Assembly (NCBI GenBank): GCA_949297765.1
Contig: CASFTV010000004.1
Coordinates: forward strand, 85,115 to 149,114
Source: an uncultured bacterium
Lineage (GTDB): Bacteria; Verrucomicrobiota; Lentisphaeria; Victivallales; UBA1829
Length of the DNA: 64,000 nt
Reading direction: 5' to 3'
Shown: positions 30,848 to 40,964 of the stretch, piece by piece
Layout of the letters: each line of letters opens with the position of its first letter
Numbering within the stretch: the stretch's first letter is position 1
Made by a program: the position numbers and the translations under genes
The notes under the pieces: model-generated
The model's database searches: none
Told to the model about the DNA's origin: nothing
What the model saw: the letters and a program-made list of their open reading frames with translations, nothing else

Positions 30848-33247
30848 TTACCAGTAGATGGATAGATTGCCCGAGATTCGACGGGTTGTTTCGAGATATG
30901 TCCAGCCGTCAGCGACACATGTCTGCCACGGGACCCGGGGTCCCGCCACGGAAAACTTTGCGGGAGTCTCCGCAATTTCCACTTTTTCCCGGCACTCCTC
31001 CGGGGGGAAAATCCGCAGCACGGCATTTTTCAATCCGCACAAATTCAGAACCCGGGAACGATCCGTCAGCGGAGAGCTGGATTCATGAACCCGGATCAGA
31101 GAATCCTCTCCATCCAGAAATATACGGCACTCCCGGTTCCACGAAAGCGGGAAACGGCAGACGGCGGCATTCTCCTTCAAAAGGAAATCCGTTCCGCACA
31201 GTGCCGGAGCGCCGAACGGAGTCCGGATCCGGTGATCCACGGTCTGCGTCAGATTCCGTCCGGAAAAGTAGAAGCCATTGTCATGAAGGGAGAGGGTCTG
31301 GTGCGGGAAAAACTCTTCCGCGGAACGGCGCGGATAGTCGAACAGCCAGCCGAACCGGGAAAGCAGAGTGCGCATCAGGACCGCCGGCTCAAACAGCTCC
31401 TCCCGGGGCAGTTTGCCGAGATACTCGTCCTGGAAAGAGAACGCATGACAGCGCGATGTCGAACACCGGACCCAGATCAGATGTCCACCGGATTCGAAGA
31501 GCCGTTCCGCCGCCAGCGTGCGGCGGGCTTTGTTCCGGGAAACGCCCGCCAGAAAAGATGTTCCTCCCCGTTCCCGGATTCCTCCGGCGGAATAGACCGG
31601 AACATGAACGATTGTCCGCTCCGGGGCAAAGGTCTGCGGCACGGCGGGGCCTTCCAGCTTCAGAACACCTTCCAGCGGAGCGCCGAGCGAGATTCCCAGC
31701 AGACTGCGGAAGGTCTCCGAGTGATCCAGAGGTCCGTAGAGCAGGACCTTTCCGCCCTCCCGGAGAAATTCAAGAATTTTCCGTTCCCATGCGCTTCCCT
31801 GTTCCGGAACAGGGGAAAAGACGATCCGTCCGGCGGGCAGGCGGTCGCAGTCATCCGTGCTCATTACGGTGTTGAGGGGAAGGCCGTTGTTGACGGCGTC
31901 GCGCAGGAAGTGATCGCCGGCGAAAACCTCTCCGATGCGTCCGGATTCCGGAAGAATCCAGCGATGGTACTCCGCAAACGGATAGAGCCACAGGAACGGC
32001 CCCGGCGCATCGGGCGCGGTCCGCAGGGCCTGATGGAGATGGGGAAGGATCTGTTCGGCGGCCTCTTCCGGGAAATCTCCGTGGCAGTCGTCCGCGGAGA
32101 GCAGATTGAGACGGTCCGGAACAACGACCTTCCCCTTTTTACGCAGACGCGATACGGAACACGGCATATAAATATCAAACGGCTCCTTCTCATCGTTTGC
32201 GATCCACGGTTTTGTCTGGAACCAGGGATCGTGAAGATAGAAGCGGAATGTGAAATCGTCCTGCGGGAAACCGCTGATGTGCGACATCCACCCGATCAGT
32301 TCCGATCCGAAGTCATAGTTCAGCGACACCCACGGGGAGTTGACCGGAGGAGCTGAAATGTATCCGGACTCATAAATTTCCTTCAGCGGCACGCCGTCGC
32401 ATGCCAGATCCCTCCCGGTTGAGAGGTTGGTTCCCCGGACGAAGACCGGAACCGCACACTCTTTCCGGAACTCTTTCCAGAACAGTTCAATCATCTGGGA
32501 GCGGATGGCATTCAGGCGGTCCGGATGGAAACGGCTCCCGTCGAACACGGCGCCGTTGTAATTCCACGGGAAATTTCCGAATCCGAATCCATTGGAAAGC
32601 CAGAAGAAATCCATCCCCATATCCCGCAGGAAACAGGCGCACTGCCGTCCGAGGAACAATCCGAACGGAGTTCCCTCCGGGATTCCGTCCGGGAATCCGG
32701 CATAGGAAGCGCGGTCCGCATGAAGACGGGCGTAGCAGGAAACGACCTCTTTTCGTTTTCCCGCATAAGCTCCGCGGCAGAGTTCCGGATGAGTTTTGTA
32801 CTTGAACTCGGAAACGGCAAACTCCGGACCGGGATCAAACGCCGTGCCGACCAGAATGTTCCCGCCGGTCATCCGTTTTCCGGTCTGTTTCAGTTCCCGG
32901 ACAAGGGAGGCCAGAAACGCATAGTCGGTTTTTTCCGTATCGGCTTCGAAGGGATGGCCGAGCATGGCGTCGCGGCGCAGCGGATCTCTGCGGTCGATAT
33001 CGCCGGGGAGCGGACGATTCATGATCCCGATATAGCGGCCCCAGTCGAAACTCTTTTTCCGGTCGCCGGAATATTCAAGGATCTCCGATCCGTCGCTGCT
33101 CCAGAGCAGAACGGAAAGCTGTCCGGCGTTCCGCGCCGCGGGCAGCCACGGGAGGTACAGTTTTTCGCAGACCTCCCGCATGGACGGCGCTCCCCGTCGC
33201 AGAAACGGCTTCAGGGAAACTTCAAGGACCAGTTCTTTCAGCAGCAT
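30848..33247 (-). CDS. Hypothetical 799-aa cytoplasmic protein in a CAZyme operon (possible novel glycosidase or phosphorylase)
   Basis: Long ORF with ordinary amino-acid composition and no signal peptide, tightly packed between an AraC gene and a pilin-like gene. I recognise no family motif. Confidence 0.6.
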   Translation of the reverse strand: MLLKELVLEVSLKPFLRRGAPSMREVCEKLYLPWLPAARNAGQLSVLLWSSDGSEILEYSGDRKKSFDWGRYIGIMNRPLPGDIDRRDPLRRDAMLGHPFEADTEKTDYAFLASLVRELKQTGKRMTGGNILVGTAFDPGPEFAVSEFKYKTHPELCRGAYAGKRKEVVSCYARLHADRASYAGFPDGIPEGTPFGLFLGRQCACFLRDMGMDFFWLSNGFGFGNFPWNYNGAVFDGSRFHPDRLNAIRSQMIELFWKEFRKECAVPVFVRGTNLSTGRDLACDGVPLKEIYESGYISAPPVNSPWVSLNYDFGSELIGWMSHISGFPQDDFTFRFYLHDPWFQTKPWIANDEKEPFDIYMPCSVSRLRKKGKVVVPDRLNLLSADDCHGDFPEEAAEQILPHLHQALRTAPDAPGPFLWLYPFAEYHRWILPESGRIGEVFAGDHFLRDAVNNGLPLNTVMSTDDCDRLPAGRIVFSPVPEQGSAWERKILEFLREGGKVLLYGPLDHSETFRSLLGISLGAPLEGVLKLEGPAVPQTFAPERTIVHVPVYSAGGIRERGGTSFLAGVSRNKARRTLAAERLFESGGHLIWVRCSTSRCHAFSFQDEYLGKLPREELFEPAVLMRTLLSRFGWLFDYPRRSAEEFFPHQTLSLHDNGFYFSGRNLTQTVDHRIRTPFGAPALCGTDFLLKENAAVCRFPLSWNRECRIFLDGEDSLIRVHESSSPLTDRSRVLNLCGLKNAVLRIFPPEECREKVEIAETPAKFSVAGPRVPWQTCVADGWTYLETTRRISGNLSIYW

Positions 33248-33312
33248 ACAGGAAAACCTCTCTTTCTGAATGCTTTAAATTATAGAAGATATTCCGCTAA
33301 AAAACTTGGATT

Positions 33313-34209
33313 CTATTGAAGTCCGTCTCTTTTCCCGGAAAAATCGGAATGGAGTCCACTTTTTTCGGAGAGCCGGTAGAGGCGCGGAGTTGTTCCGGTC
33401 ACGGAACGGAAGAGTTTGTGGAAATAGCTCATGTCGCTGAATCCGGAACGGTAGCAGATTTCGGAGATGGAGCTGCTGGAATTTTTCAAAGCTCTGCAGG
33501 CCTCCTCCAGCCGTTTTTTCCGGAGATCGTCGGAAATGGTTGTTCCGGTCACGGCCTTGTAGATGGCGCAGAGATGTCCCTGGGAAATGCCGATCCGGCG
33601 GGCGAACATGGCATAGTCCGGCGTTTCCGCATAGTGTTCTTCGATCCAGCTGCGGATGAATCGGACCGCGGCAAGACGTTTCTCCTTCCGGAAGGAGGTG
33701 GTATAGAGCCGGGAGATGTGAATCAGCAGTTCGACCACAAGAGCGCGGATCATTTCCCGGTAGTTCGGGCGTTCCGCTTCGTATTCATACAGAAGACGCC
33801 GGAGGATGGAAACCGCCGTCCGGTCGGAATCCAGCAGATACAGAGCGTCGGCCGAGAGCGGATTTCCCGCGTAGGCGGAGGAGAAGATCGAGAAGAATCC
33901 GTATTCGCTGCGCAGCTGTTTCAAGGTTTCTCCGAGCAGCCCGAGCTTGAAGCAGAGGTTGCAGAGACTCAAGTGATCTGTCTCAATGAACAGCGAAGTC
34001 CGGTCCTCCGGGTGGACAATGCAGATGTTGCCCGGATGGAGCGGCCGGACGCGATTGTTGATCAGGTGTTTTCCCGATCCTTCCATCACATAGAAGATTT
34101 TCCAGAAGGAACGGATGTGCTTCTGTGGATCGTGGTTGTAGACGGACGGCAGATGGTTGTGAATTCCGATATAAAACGGAAATGTCGGATCGTAGAACGA
34201 TTCCCGCAT
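33313..34209 (-). CDS. AraC family transcriptional regulator (operon C)
   Basis: HTH region FARRIGISQGHLCAIYKAVTGTTISDDLRKKRLEEACRALK...ICYRSGFSDMSYFHKLFRSVTGTTPRLYR. I prefer the start at MRESFYDP (34209) because the 36-aa extension to 34317 is Arg/Lys-rich junk. Confidence 0.8.
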   Translation of the reverse strand: MRESFYDPTFPFYIGIHNHLPSVYNHDPQKHIRSFWKIFYVMEGSGKHLINNRVRPLHPGNICIVHPEDRTSLFIETDHLSLCNLCFKLGLLGETLKQLRSEYGFFSIFSSAYAGNPLSADALYLLDSDRTAVSILRRLLYEYEAERPNYREMIRALVVELLIHISRLYTTSFRKEKRLAAVRFIRSWIEEHYAETPDYAMFARRIGISQGHLCAIYKAVTGTTISDDLRKKRLEEACRALKNSSSSISEICYRSGFSDMSYFHKLFRSVTGTTPRLYRLSEKSGLHSDFSGKRDGLQ

Positions 34210-34384
34210 CGTAATCAGTTCCGTTTTTTTCTTTTCTGTTTCCACGGTCTGGTTCCTTTCCGCCTTCCGGCGCCGCTGTCTGGAGGGAACAATACATCTG
34301 CAACGCCGTTTCGTCAAATCCGGCTCCGTTCACAGACAGAAATTCCGGTCCGGGGAAAGTTGACGGAAATTTCGCTTCCGCCTC

Positions 34385-34413
34385 TTGACATTTCCTCTGA
34401 AATGAAGTATAAT
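34385..34413 (+). promoter_or_regulatory. Consensus sigma70 promoter TTGACA-17-TATAAT ahead of the LacI gene / operon D
   Basis: Exact TTGACA (34385..34390), a 17-nt spacer and exact TATAAT (34408..34413), 45 nt upstream of the ATG at 34459. Confidence 0.55.
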
Positions 34414-34458
34414 TAACTGAAAAAGTGAAAATATTTACAGTTTCAGGCAGAAAAATTT

Positions 34459-35538
34459 ATGAGCAGCAAGCCAACCATTCGTGATATTGCAGCGGTCTGC
34501 GGCGTAACGATCGCCACGGTTTCCCGCGTGATCAACAACAAGCCCGGAGTCCGGAAAGAGATCCGGAGACATGTTCAGAGATATATTGAACAGATCGGCT
34601 GGAACTGTTCCAGTCTGAAGACCCGTCTTCTGAAAGCGTCCTCCGCAAAAACGGTATTCATTCTCTGCGGACTCAACATTCTGAACGGCGGCGGACGGTA
34701 TTCCATGGGGGAGACGCTCCAGCTTCTGATCGACCGTCTGGAAGGAGAAGGGATTCTTCCGTTTGTTGTTTTCGGCAGAACGCTGCAAATGCTGGAGGAA
34801 TGCCGGCGCCTCAAGCCGCATGCGGTGATTCTATTCACCAAAAATCCGTGGATGGAAGACCCCGTCCGCCGGCTTGTGAAAGCGGGAGTTCGGGTGTGTG
34901 CTGCCTATGGGAATGAATTTGCGGGAAGCTGTCCGCAGGTCCGTTCAGGCCATGAGGCGGCGGTACGGAAAGCGCTTCGCGATTTTCATGCAGCGGGATG
35001 CCGGAACATCGGACTGTTTGCCGGAAACGGAATGTTTTCCAGACCGGAAAAACCGGAGGAGATTATTCAGTACTGGGTCCGGAACATCGCGTTGGAGCTG
35101 GAAAAACATTCGCCGGAATTTTCCCTCCGGGGAAATGTTGTCAGCGATGAATTCGGGACCGTGAATGATTTGCGCAAAGCATTGCGGAACAACGAATTCG
35201 ACGCATGGCTCTGCTGCGAACATTCGATGCTCCAGCGTTTCTGCGAGGAAGCGGAAAAGGCGGGGATCCGGATTCCGGAAGACCTTCCGGTAACCGCATT
35301 CTGTTCGGAGGAAAACGGATTCGATGCGCCGCTGAAGGTCAATCATTTTGTTTCTCAGACAGGACTCATTGCGGAGCAGCTGTTCCGCTGGATTATGGCG
35401 GAGTCCTTCCCTGATCCGGAAGAGATTGTCGTGCCGTATCTCTATCAGAAAGGAAACAAGCCGGCGGATTCAATGAAACGCTTCCCGAAAGGGAGGCAGA
35501 TCCCGTCGGCCGGCGGCAGAAAGGCGAAGAAGGCATGA
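34459..35538 (+). CDS. LacI family transcriptional regulator (operon D)
   Basis: N-terminal HTH MSSKPTIRDIAAVCGVTIATVSRVINNKPGV followed by a periplasmic-binding-protein-like core. Its stop overlaps the next start (ATGA at 35535). Confidence 0.88.
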   Translation: MSSKPTIRDIAAVCGVTIATVSRVINNKPGVRKEIRRHVQRYIEQIGWNCSSLKTRLLKASSAKTVFILCGLNILNGGGRYSMGETLQLLIDRLEGEGILPFVVFGRTLQMLEECRRLKPHAVILFTKNPWMEDPVRRLVKAGVRVCAAYGNEFAGSCPQVRSGHEAAVRKALRDFHAAGCRNIGLFAGNGMFSRPEKPEEIIQYWVRNIALELEKHSPEFSLRGNVVSDEFGTVNDLRKALRNNEFDAWLCCEHSMLQRFCEEAEKAGIRIPEDLPVTAFCSEENGFDAPLKVNHFVSQTGLIAEQLFRWIMAESFPDPEEIVVPYLYQKGNKPADSMKRFPKGRQIPSAGGRKAKKA

Positions 35539-36818
35539 TCTTCACGGAAATCAGGCATCAGGCGGAAAAAGGGGAGTGCTATCTGGGATCTCCGGCAATT
35601 CTCCGTCTGCGGGATGGAGCTCTTCTGGTCTCGCATGATTATTTCGGAAAGGGAGCGCCATGCGGTCCGGACGGGAAGCCCTGTCTGACCAGCCTCTACC
35701 GCTCGGAAGACAACGGCGCGACCTGGGAAAACATCGGTCATCTCATGAACATGAGTTCGGGAACTTTTTTTGAATATGAGGATTCGGTCTACATGCTTGG
35801 ACTCTCCCGGGTGGACGGGGACATCATCATCCGGCGGAGCGACAATGGCGGCTTTTCCTGGACGAATCCTTCCGATGGAGAAACCGGTCTGCTTTTCCCG
35901 GCAGGAAAAGGAGGTTCCCTCCCCAGATATCATGGCGGAAACTTTCCGTTCATTCACAACGGCAGAGTTTACCGGGCGGTGGAGAACAGGACCAGCGATC
36001 TCCGCGGATTCCGTGATTTTCGCTCTCTGGTGATTTCCGCACCGCTGGATTCTGATCTTCTGGCCTCTTCCTCATGGACCATGAGCAATTCTCTTTTGCT
36101 GGATGCGAAGAGCTGGCTTCCGGATTTCGATCAGTTTGAGGAGTCCAGTTACGGTCTGACCGGCTGGGGATGGCTGGAAGGACAGGTGATCTCCTCTCCG
36201 GACGGCAGACTGTTCAATCTTCTGCGGGTTTCCTCGCCCCTGCGCAAATGGACCGGGCATGAGGATTCTGTTCACGACCCGGTTTTCAATCAGGAGCGTG
36301 CGGACGCCTGCGAAAATTCGGATCATGCCGCGATGGTTGAAATTCTTGATGAAGGGAAGAAGGTGGTTTTCCGTCCGCCCGAGGCACTGATCACGCTGCC
36401 CGGAGGGGGGATCGGGCGTTTCCGTATTCAGCGGGATCCCGGAACCGGACTGTATCTTTCGCTGGTGAACCGTACACCGGATCCGGAGCGGAAGTTCCGG
36501 TATTGGCGAAATATTCTCTCTCTTGCGTATTCCCGGGATCTGATCCACTGGAGGATCGCCGGTAAAGTTCTGGAGGACGATTCCGGGTTGAGCATGGCGG
36601 ATTCAAGGAATTTGACCGGGTTTCAATATCCGGACTGGCTGTTTGACGGAAAAGATCTTCTCATCCTCAGCCGGACCGCTTACCGGGGCGCCCACACGGC
36701 ACATGATTCCAACCGCCTGACATTTCATGTATTGAAAAACTATCAGAAAATGATTGAGGATCACAGCAGGTCTTCATTCGCGTCAGCTCGCAGAACAGAC
36801 GAAAAAACGGATTCATAA
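35535..36818 (+). CDS. BNR/Asp-box beta-propeller glycosidase, sialidase-like fold
   Basis: Asp-box repeats [12 protein letters not shown] and [12 protein letters not shown]. 427 aa, no signal peptide. Substrate unknown. Confidence 0.65.
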   Translation: MIFTEIRHQAEKGECYLGSPAILRLRDGALLVSHDYFGKGAPCGPDGKPCLTSLYRSEDNGATWENIGHLMNMSSGTFFEYEDSVYMLGLSRVDGDIIIRRSDNGGFSWTNPSDGETGLLFPAGKGGSLPRYHGGNFPFIHNGRVYRAVENRTSDLRGFRDFRSLVISAPLDSDLLASSSWTMSNSLLLDAKSWLPDFDQFEESSYGLTGWGWLEGQVISSPDGRLFNLLRVSSPLRKWTGHEDSVHDPVFNQERADACENSDHAAMVEILDEGKKVVFRPPEALITLPGGGIGRFRIQRDPGTGLYLSLVNRTPDPERKFRYWRNILSLAYSRDLIHWRIAGKVLEDDSGLSMADSRNLTGFQYPDWLFDGKDLLILSRTAYRGAHTAHDSNRLTFHVLKNYQKMIEDHSRSSFASARRTDEKTDS

Positions 36819-36835
36819 TAATGGAGGGAAGCACC

Positions 36836-37612
36836 ATGAGGATCACATTCAGAAGACGGGAGACAGGGAAAAGCTCCGCGTCCGGGAGCTGCGGAAATCC
36901 GCCGTGTACAGATTTTACTCTTATAGAACTTCTTGTCGTGATTGCAATCATTGCGATTCTTGCTGCACTTCTACTTCCTGCGCTGAACCATGCCCGGGCA
37001 AAAGGACGGGATATTTCCTGCATCTCAAATCTGAAACAGATCGGGACCGGAATCCGGCTGTATCTTGACAGCAGCAACGAGTTCATGCCGAAGGGGAACG
37101 GGAACTTCAACGGCAGCAACGAGGGGAAATGGGACGACAGTATTTTTCATACGATGTTCCAGAACCGGAAAATGAAGGATGGAATGGTGTTTCCGGACAC
37201 CGCCTGGAATATTGCCATGCGACCTCTGGCGCCGTTTGACTGTCCTTCTTCCGATGCCGCCGCCCCGAAACTCACGCGAAATGATTATGGAATGAATTCC
37301 CAGATGAACAATGTCGCGACGAAAGGAATCCGCCGGCCATCGCTCCGGGGGATTGTGATGGACATGGTCAAGCACGGATCCAATTTCCCGACACCGGTCC
37401 TGACCGGTACAACGGCCGCCGACTGGGACGGCCTCTTTGCAACTGAATTCGAGGTGAAGCGCCATCTTTCGTCCAGAGGGATCAATGTGCTGTTTTTCGA
37501 TGGTCATGCAGAAGCGAAACGGCATTCTGCAATCCCCCGGACCCTCGGCGCCACAACACCGGAACAGTATTTCTGGGGCGGCGGAAGCAACGGGAAAGAG
37601 GGAGGACTCTGA
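36836..37612 (+). CDS. Pilin-like protein, prepilin-type N-terminus plus H-X9-DG-like motif (P4)
   Basis: GGAGGG sits 7 nt before the ATG at 36836. A 26-aa leader precedes [45 protein letters not shown]-terminal [16 protein letters not shown]. Confidence 0.85.
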   Translation: MRITFRRRETGKSSASGSCGNPPCTDFTLIELLVVIAIIAILAALLLPALNHARAKGRDISCISNLKQIGTGIRLYLDSSNEFMPKGNGNFNGSNEGKWDDSIFHTMFQNRKMKDGMVFPDTAWNIAMRPLAPFDCPSSDAAAPKLTRNDYGMNSQMNNVATKGIRRPSLRGIVMDMVKHGSNFPTPVLTGTTAADWDGLFATEFEVKRHLSSRGINVLFFDGHAEAKRHSAIPRTLGATTPEQYFWGGGSNGKEGGL

Positions 37613-37613
37613 T

Positions 37614-40600
37614 ATGAAACTGTGGATTGCAGTTCCTCTGCTGGCGGTTTGCATTTGCGCCGGAGCGCTTCCGATACCCCAGATGGACAAAAGCGGTGTG
37701 ATCCGGACGGGCCAAACGAGGCTCGTCCTTATCCATTACGGAGAAAACTGGAAGAATCTCTCTTCGCAGGGGAAGGCTCTCCGGGACGGCAGCGTGGAAA
37801 AACGTGAAGACGGGTCCATGCGGATGAGCGGAACGTTTCCGGTTTTTCAGGGGAGATTTCATCTGGAGGAAATCATGCGTCCGGAGCGGGAAGGTGTCTG
37901 GCGGATCGGTTACCGTTTGAAGTCCGCGGATCCCGTGCCGACGCGTCAGCTGGCGCTGCAGATTTCCCTGGATCCCCGTCTGGCGCTGGCACGTCCGGTG
38001 AAACTGGACGGACGGCCCTTCGGGTTCGGAAATAAACGGAATGAAAAACGGTGGAATCTCTCTTTTTCCAAAGCCGGAACTCTTGAGATTCCGCTTGCGG
38101 ACGGCTCCCTGATCCTGGAGGGAAAATTTTCCGGAAACATGGTGGACGGACGCATGTACCAGTCACCGAAATGGGAGATCCGGCTCGCTTTCACACCGGA
38201 AAAAGGGGAAATCCGGGAGGCAGCGCTGGAATTCCGCCTGCGGTGTCAGCCGCTGAAAAGCGTCCCGCTGGATTTGCGGCCGGGAATGAACATGGGCTTC
38301 TCCGATGAAGTCGCCGGGGACGGGAAAGGCGGATGGAGCGATCAGGGTCCGGAGAACGATATGCGATCCCTGAAGCCGGGCGTTCTGAATTTCAACGGGC
38401 TGAACTTTGACGTGGTCGATCCGGAGAAAAACGGCGGCCGCTCCTGCATTGCGATGAAAAGCAGGCGGATGCCGGGGATGCCGCAGTCCGTCTCGATCGA
38501 GTTTGAAAAACCGTCGCGGGGGAAATATCTGTATGTACTTCATGCGCTCTCGTTTCCCGGGAAAACAGGGACCGAGGTCGGAGAGATTGCCTGCAAGCTC
38601 GACAGTACGGAAGCGGTGGAAAAGCAGACGTTGATTTTCCCGGTTGTCAGCGGAGTCCACGTCGGAGATTTCTGGATGCCGCGCGACCGTGAAAAGGGAT
38701 TCGTTGCGTGGCGCGGGAACAACGTCAGCGCGCCGGTCGGACTTTACGCGACCTGCTATGAACTGACGGGCGAACCGGTGCGACGGATCACCTTCACGTC
38801 ACGCGCCAACGCGAACTGGCTGATCGTCGGAGCGACTCTTTCCGACTGGAAGACCGGATCGGCGGCGCCGAAGCCGGTCACGATCCGGGCGGGGAAAGAG
38901 TGGCTTCCGATCCGCAATCCGGGGTATGTCCGTCCGGGCAGCGCCATCGACTTTTCCCGTTTTCTTGACGCGCCTGCGGGGAAATACGGTCATCTTGTGA
39001 GCCGGGGGAACCACTTTGAATTCGAGAAACGTCCCGGAGTCCCGTTCCGCTTCTACGGCTCGAACATCGTCTACTGGATCCATTATCAGCCGAAAGATGT
39101 TGTGGACCGGATGGCGGACCACTACGCGGCGACCGGCTACAACATTCTGCGCCTGCATCTGTTTGACATTCCCCAGTCCGTTCTCACGGAGAACGGCGAG
39201 GTGAAAATCCGTCCCGATTTCATGGAGAAGCTGGATTACCTTGTTGCGGCGTTCAAGAAACGCGGAGTCTATGTGACGCTGGATCTGTTCGGCACACGGA
39301 AGATCCGGAAAGGGGAACTTGCGGATTTCCCGGATCAGGAGTTCACCCACCGGGAATTCAAGGGTCTGATGTTCGTCAGTGAAAGCGCATTGAAAAATTA
39401 TGAATCGTATGTGGCCGGACTGATGAATCATGTGAATCCCTACACGGGTTTTGCATGGAAGGACGATCCGGTGATTGCAACGGTCTCCCTGGTGAATGAA
39501 GGAACGATTTTCAACAGTGCGTTCCGGGGAAAACTTCTCCCGCTGTGGCAGAAGAAATTTGAATCATGGCAGAAAGCGCGCGGTCTGGATCCGCGGGACC
39601 GGGCGAATGCAAAATACCGCCGCGAGTTCCTGATGGAGGTGTACCTGAAAACCTACGACCGTCTGGAACGGTTCTGCAAAAAAACGCTCGGGATAAAAGC
39701 ACCGCTGACGGATCAGAATTTCTGGACAAGCATTCCGCTTGCCGTTCTGCGGGAGAAATTCGACTATGTGGACAACCATTTTTACTGGGCGCATCCGGTG
39801 TTTCCGAACGGCGGATTCAACTCTCTGCCGTCCGTGGTGATGAATGAGAGCGCCGTGGGGCGTTATGCCGGAGGGGTGTCCTCCGTATTCATCTCCCGGG
39901 TCCTCGGCAAACCGTTCACGATCACGGAATGGGATTACGCAAATCCGAACTGCTACAATGTCGAAGGAGCGTTTCTGACGGGGGCGTATGCGGCGCTTCA
40001 GGACTGGAGCGGACTCTGCCGGTTCAACTATGCTCAGGATGTCCGGCAAATCCGGAATGCGGAAATGCCGCTGGCATGGTTTTTCCCGAGTGTGAACGAT
40101 CCGCTGCGTCTGCTTTCGGAACGGGCGGGATTTCTGTTCTTTGTCCGGCGGGATGTTCAGGCGTCGAAGATTGTCTATCCGTTTGTCATTCCTGCGGGCG
40201 ACGGGAAGGATTCGCGGAATCCGGAAGATTTTCCGGCACTGCCCGCCCGGCTCGGATTGATCGGGCAAGTCGGGACCATGACGATTCCCGCCGACGGGAA
40301 GGCATCCTATCCCCCCGGGACACGCACAGTGCTGGGTGTGAGAAAAACACTGCACGCCCCGTATCCGTATCTCTCGTGCGGGGTCCCGCAGGAGGATCTG
40401 AAACGGATGAACACCTCCGTATGGATTCCCTCCGGGTGTTACGATCCGGAAAAAGACGTGTTCGTCAGCTCTACCGGAGAGCTTCGTCTGGAACGGCAGG
40501 AAAACAGGTTTCTTGTTTCAACGCCGTTCAGTGAAGGGTTTCTTCTGAAGGAGAATCAGGAATTGCGCGGAGCGTTTGCCGCCGTATCAAACCGTCTCTG

Positions 40601-40964
40601 TTTCGGAGCGTTTCTGGTTGCGTCAATCGACGCCGGCCCGCTGACGGAGAGCCGGCGGATTCTGATTCTGCATCTGACCGATACGAAAAACAGCGGGATG
40701 CGTTTTTCCGATCCCGACATGAACACCTGCGAAGATTACGGAAAACTGCCTCTTCTGGTGCGGCGCGGCGAGGCCGATCTGACCTTGAAACGGCAATTCT
40801 CCGGATTCCGGTGCTATGCTCTGAATCTGGACGGATCGCGATTCGCGGAAATTCCCCTGTCCATACAAAACGGATTCACCCGCCTCTCTCTGCGGACCGC
40901 GTATCAGGGGAATGTCATCACCGCCTATGAACTGGTTCAAACGGGGAAAGGAGACGAACAATGA
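37614..40964 (+). CDS. Secreted 1116-aa multidomain glycoside hydrolase (clan GH-A barrel) with an N-terminal GDGKGGWSDQG module
   Basis: Signal peptide MKLWIAVPLLAVCICAGA at the internal ATG 37614, 1 nt after the pilin-like gene stop. Motifs: ATGYNILRLHLFD, ATVSLVNEGTIF, TITEWDYANPN. Confidence 0.7.
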   Translation: MKLWIAVPLLAVCICAGALPIPQMDKSGVIRTGQTRLVLIHYGENWKNLSSQGKALRDGSVEKREDGSMRMSGTFPVFQGRFHLEEIMRPEREGVWRIGYRLKSADPVPTRQLALQISLDPRLALARPVKLDGRPFGFGNKRNEKRWNLSFSKAGTLEIPLADGSLILEGKFSGNMVDGRMYQSPKWEIRLAFTPEKGEIREAALEFRLRCQPLKSVPLDLRPGMNMGFSDEVAGDGKGGWSDQGPENDMRSLKPGVLNFNGLNFDVVDPEKNGGRSCIAMKSRRMPGMPQSVSIEFEKPSRGKYLYVLHALSFPGKTGTEVGEIACKLDSTEAVEKQTLIFPVVSGVHVGDFWMPRDREKGFVAWRGNNVSAPVGLYATCYELTGEPVRRITFTSRANANWLIVGATLSDWKTGSAAPKPVTIRAGKEWLPIRNPGYVRPGSAIDFSRFLDAPAGKYGHLVSRGNHFEFEKRPGVPFRFYGSNIVYWIHYQPKDVVDRMADHYAATGYNILRLHLFDIPQSVLTENGEVKIRPDFMEKLDYLVAAFKKRGVYVTLDLFGTRKIRKGELADFPDQEFTHREFKGLMFVSESALKNYESYVAGLMNHVNPYTGFAWKDDPVIATVSLVNEGTIFNSAFRGKLLPLWQKKFESWQKARGLDPRDRANAKYRREFLMEVYLKTYDRLERFCKKTLGIKAPLTDQNFWTSIPLAVLREKFDYVDNHFYWAHPVFPNGGFNSLPSVVMNESAVGRYAGGVSSVFISRVLGKPFTITEWDYANPNCYNVEGAFLTGAYAALQDWSGLCRFNYAQDVRQIRNAEMPLAWFFPSVNDPLRLLSERAGFLFFVRRDVQASKIVYPFVIPAGDGKDSRNPEDFPALPARLGLIGQVGTMTIPADGKASYPPGTRTVLGVRKTLHAPYPYLSCGVPQEDLKRMNTSVWIPSGCYDPEKDVFVSSTGELRLERQENRFLVSTPFSEGFLLKENQELRGAFAAVSNRLCFGAFLVASIDAGPLTESRRILILHLTDTKNSGMRFSDPDMNTCEDYGKLPLLVRRGEADLTLKRQFSGFRCYALNLDGSRFAEIPLSIQNGFTRLSLRTAYQGNVITAYELVQTGKGDEQ

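Noticed and set aside
37485-37613. N-terminal extensions proposed by the ORF track (37485 for the 1116-aa GH, 6133 for the fucosidase, 7536 and 19169 for pilin-like genes, 8345, 34317, 50413, 53211, 58278).
   Set aside because: The extensions overlap the upstream genes or lack an RBS. In each case an internal ATG preceded by a GGAGG-like sequence gives a sensible signal peptide or family-typical N-terminus.
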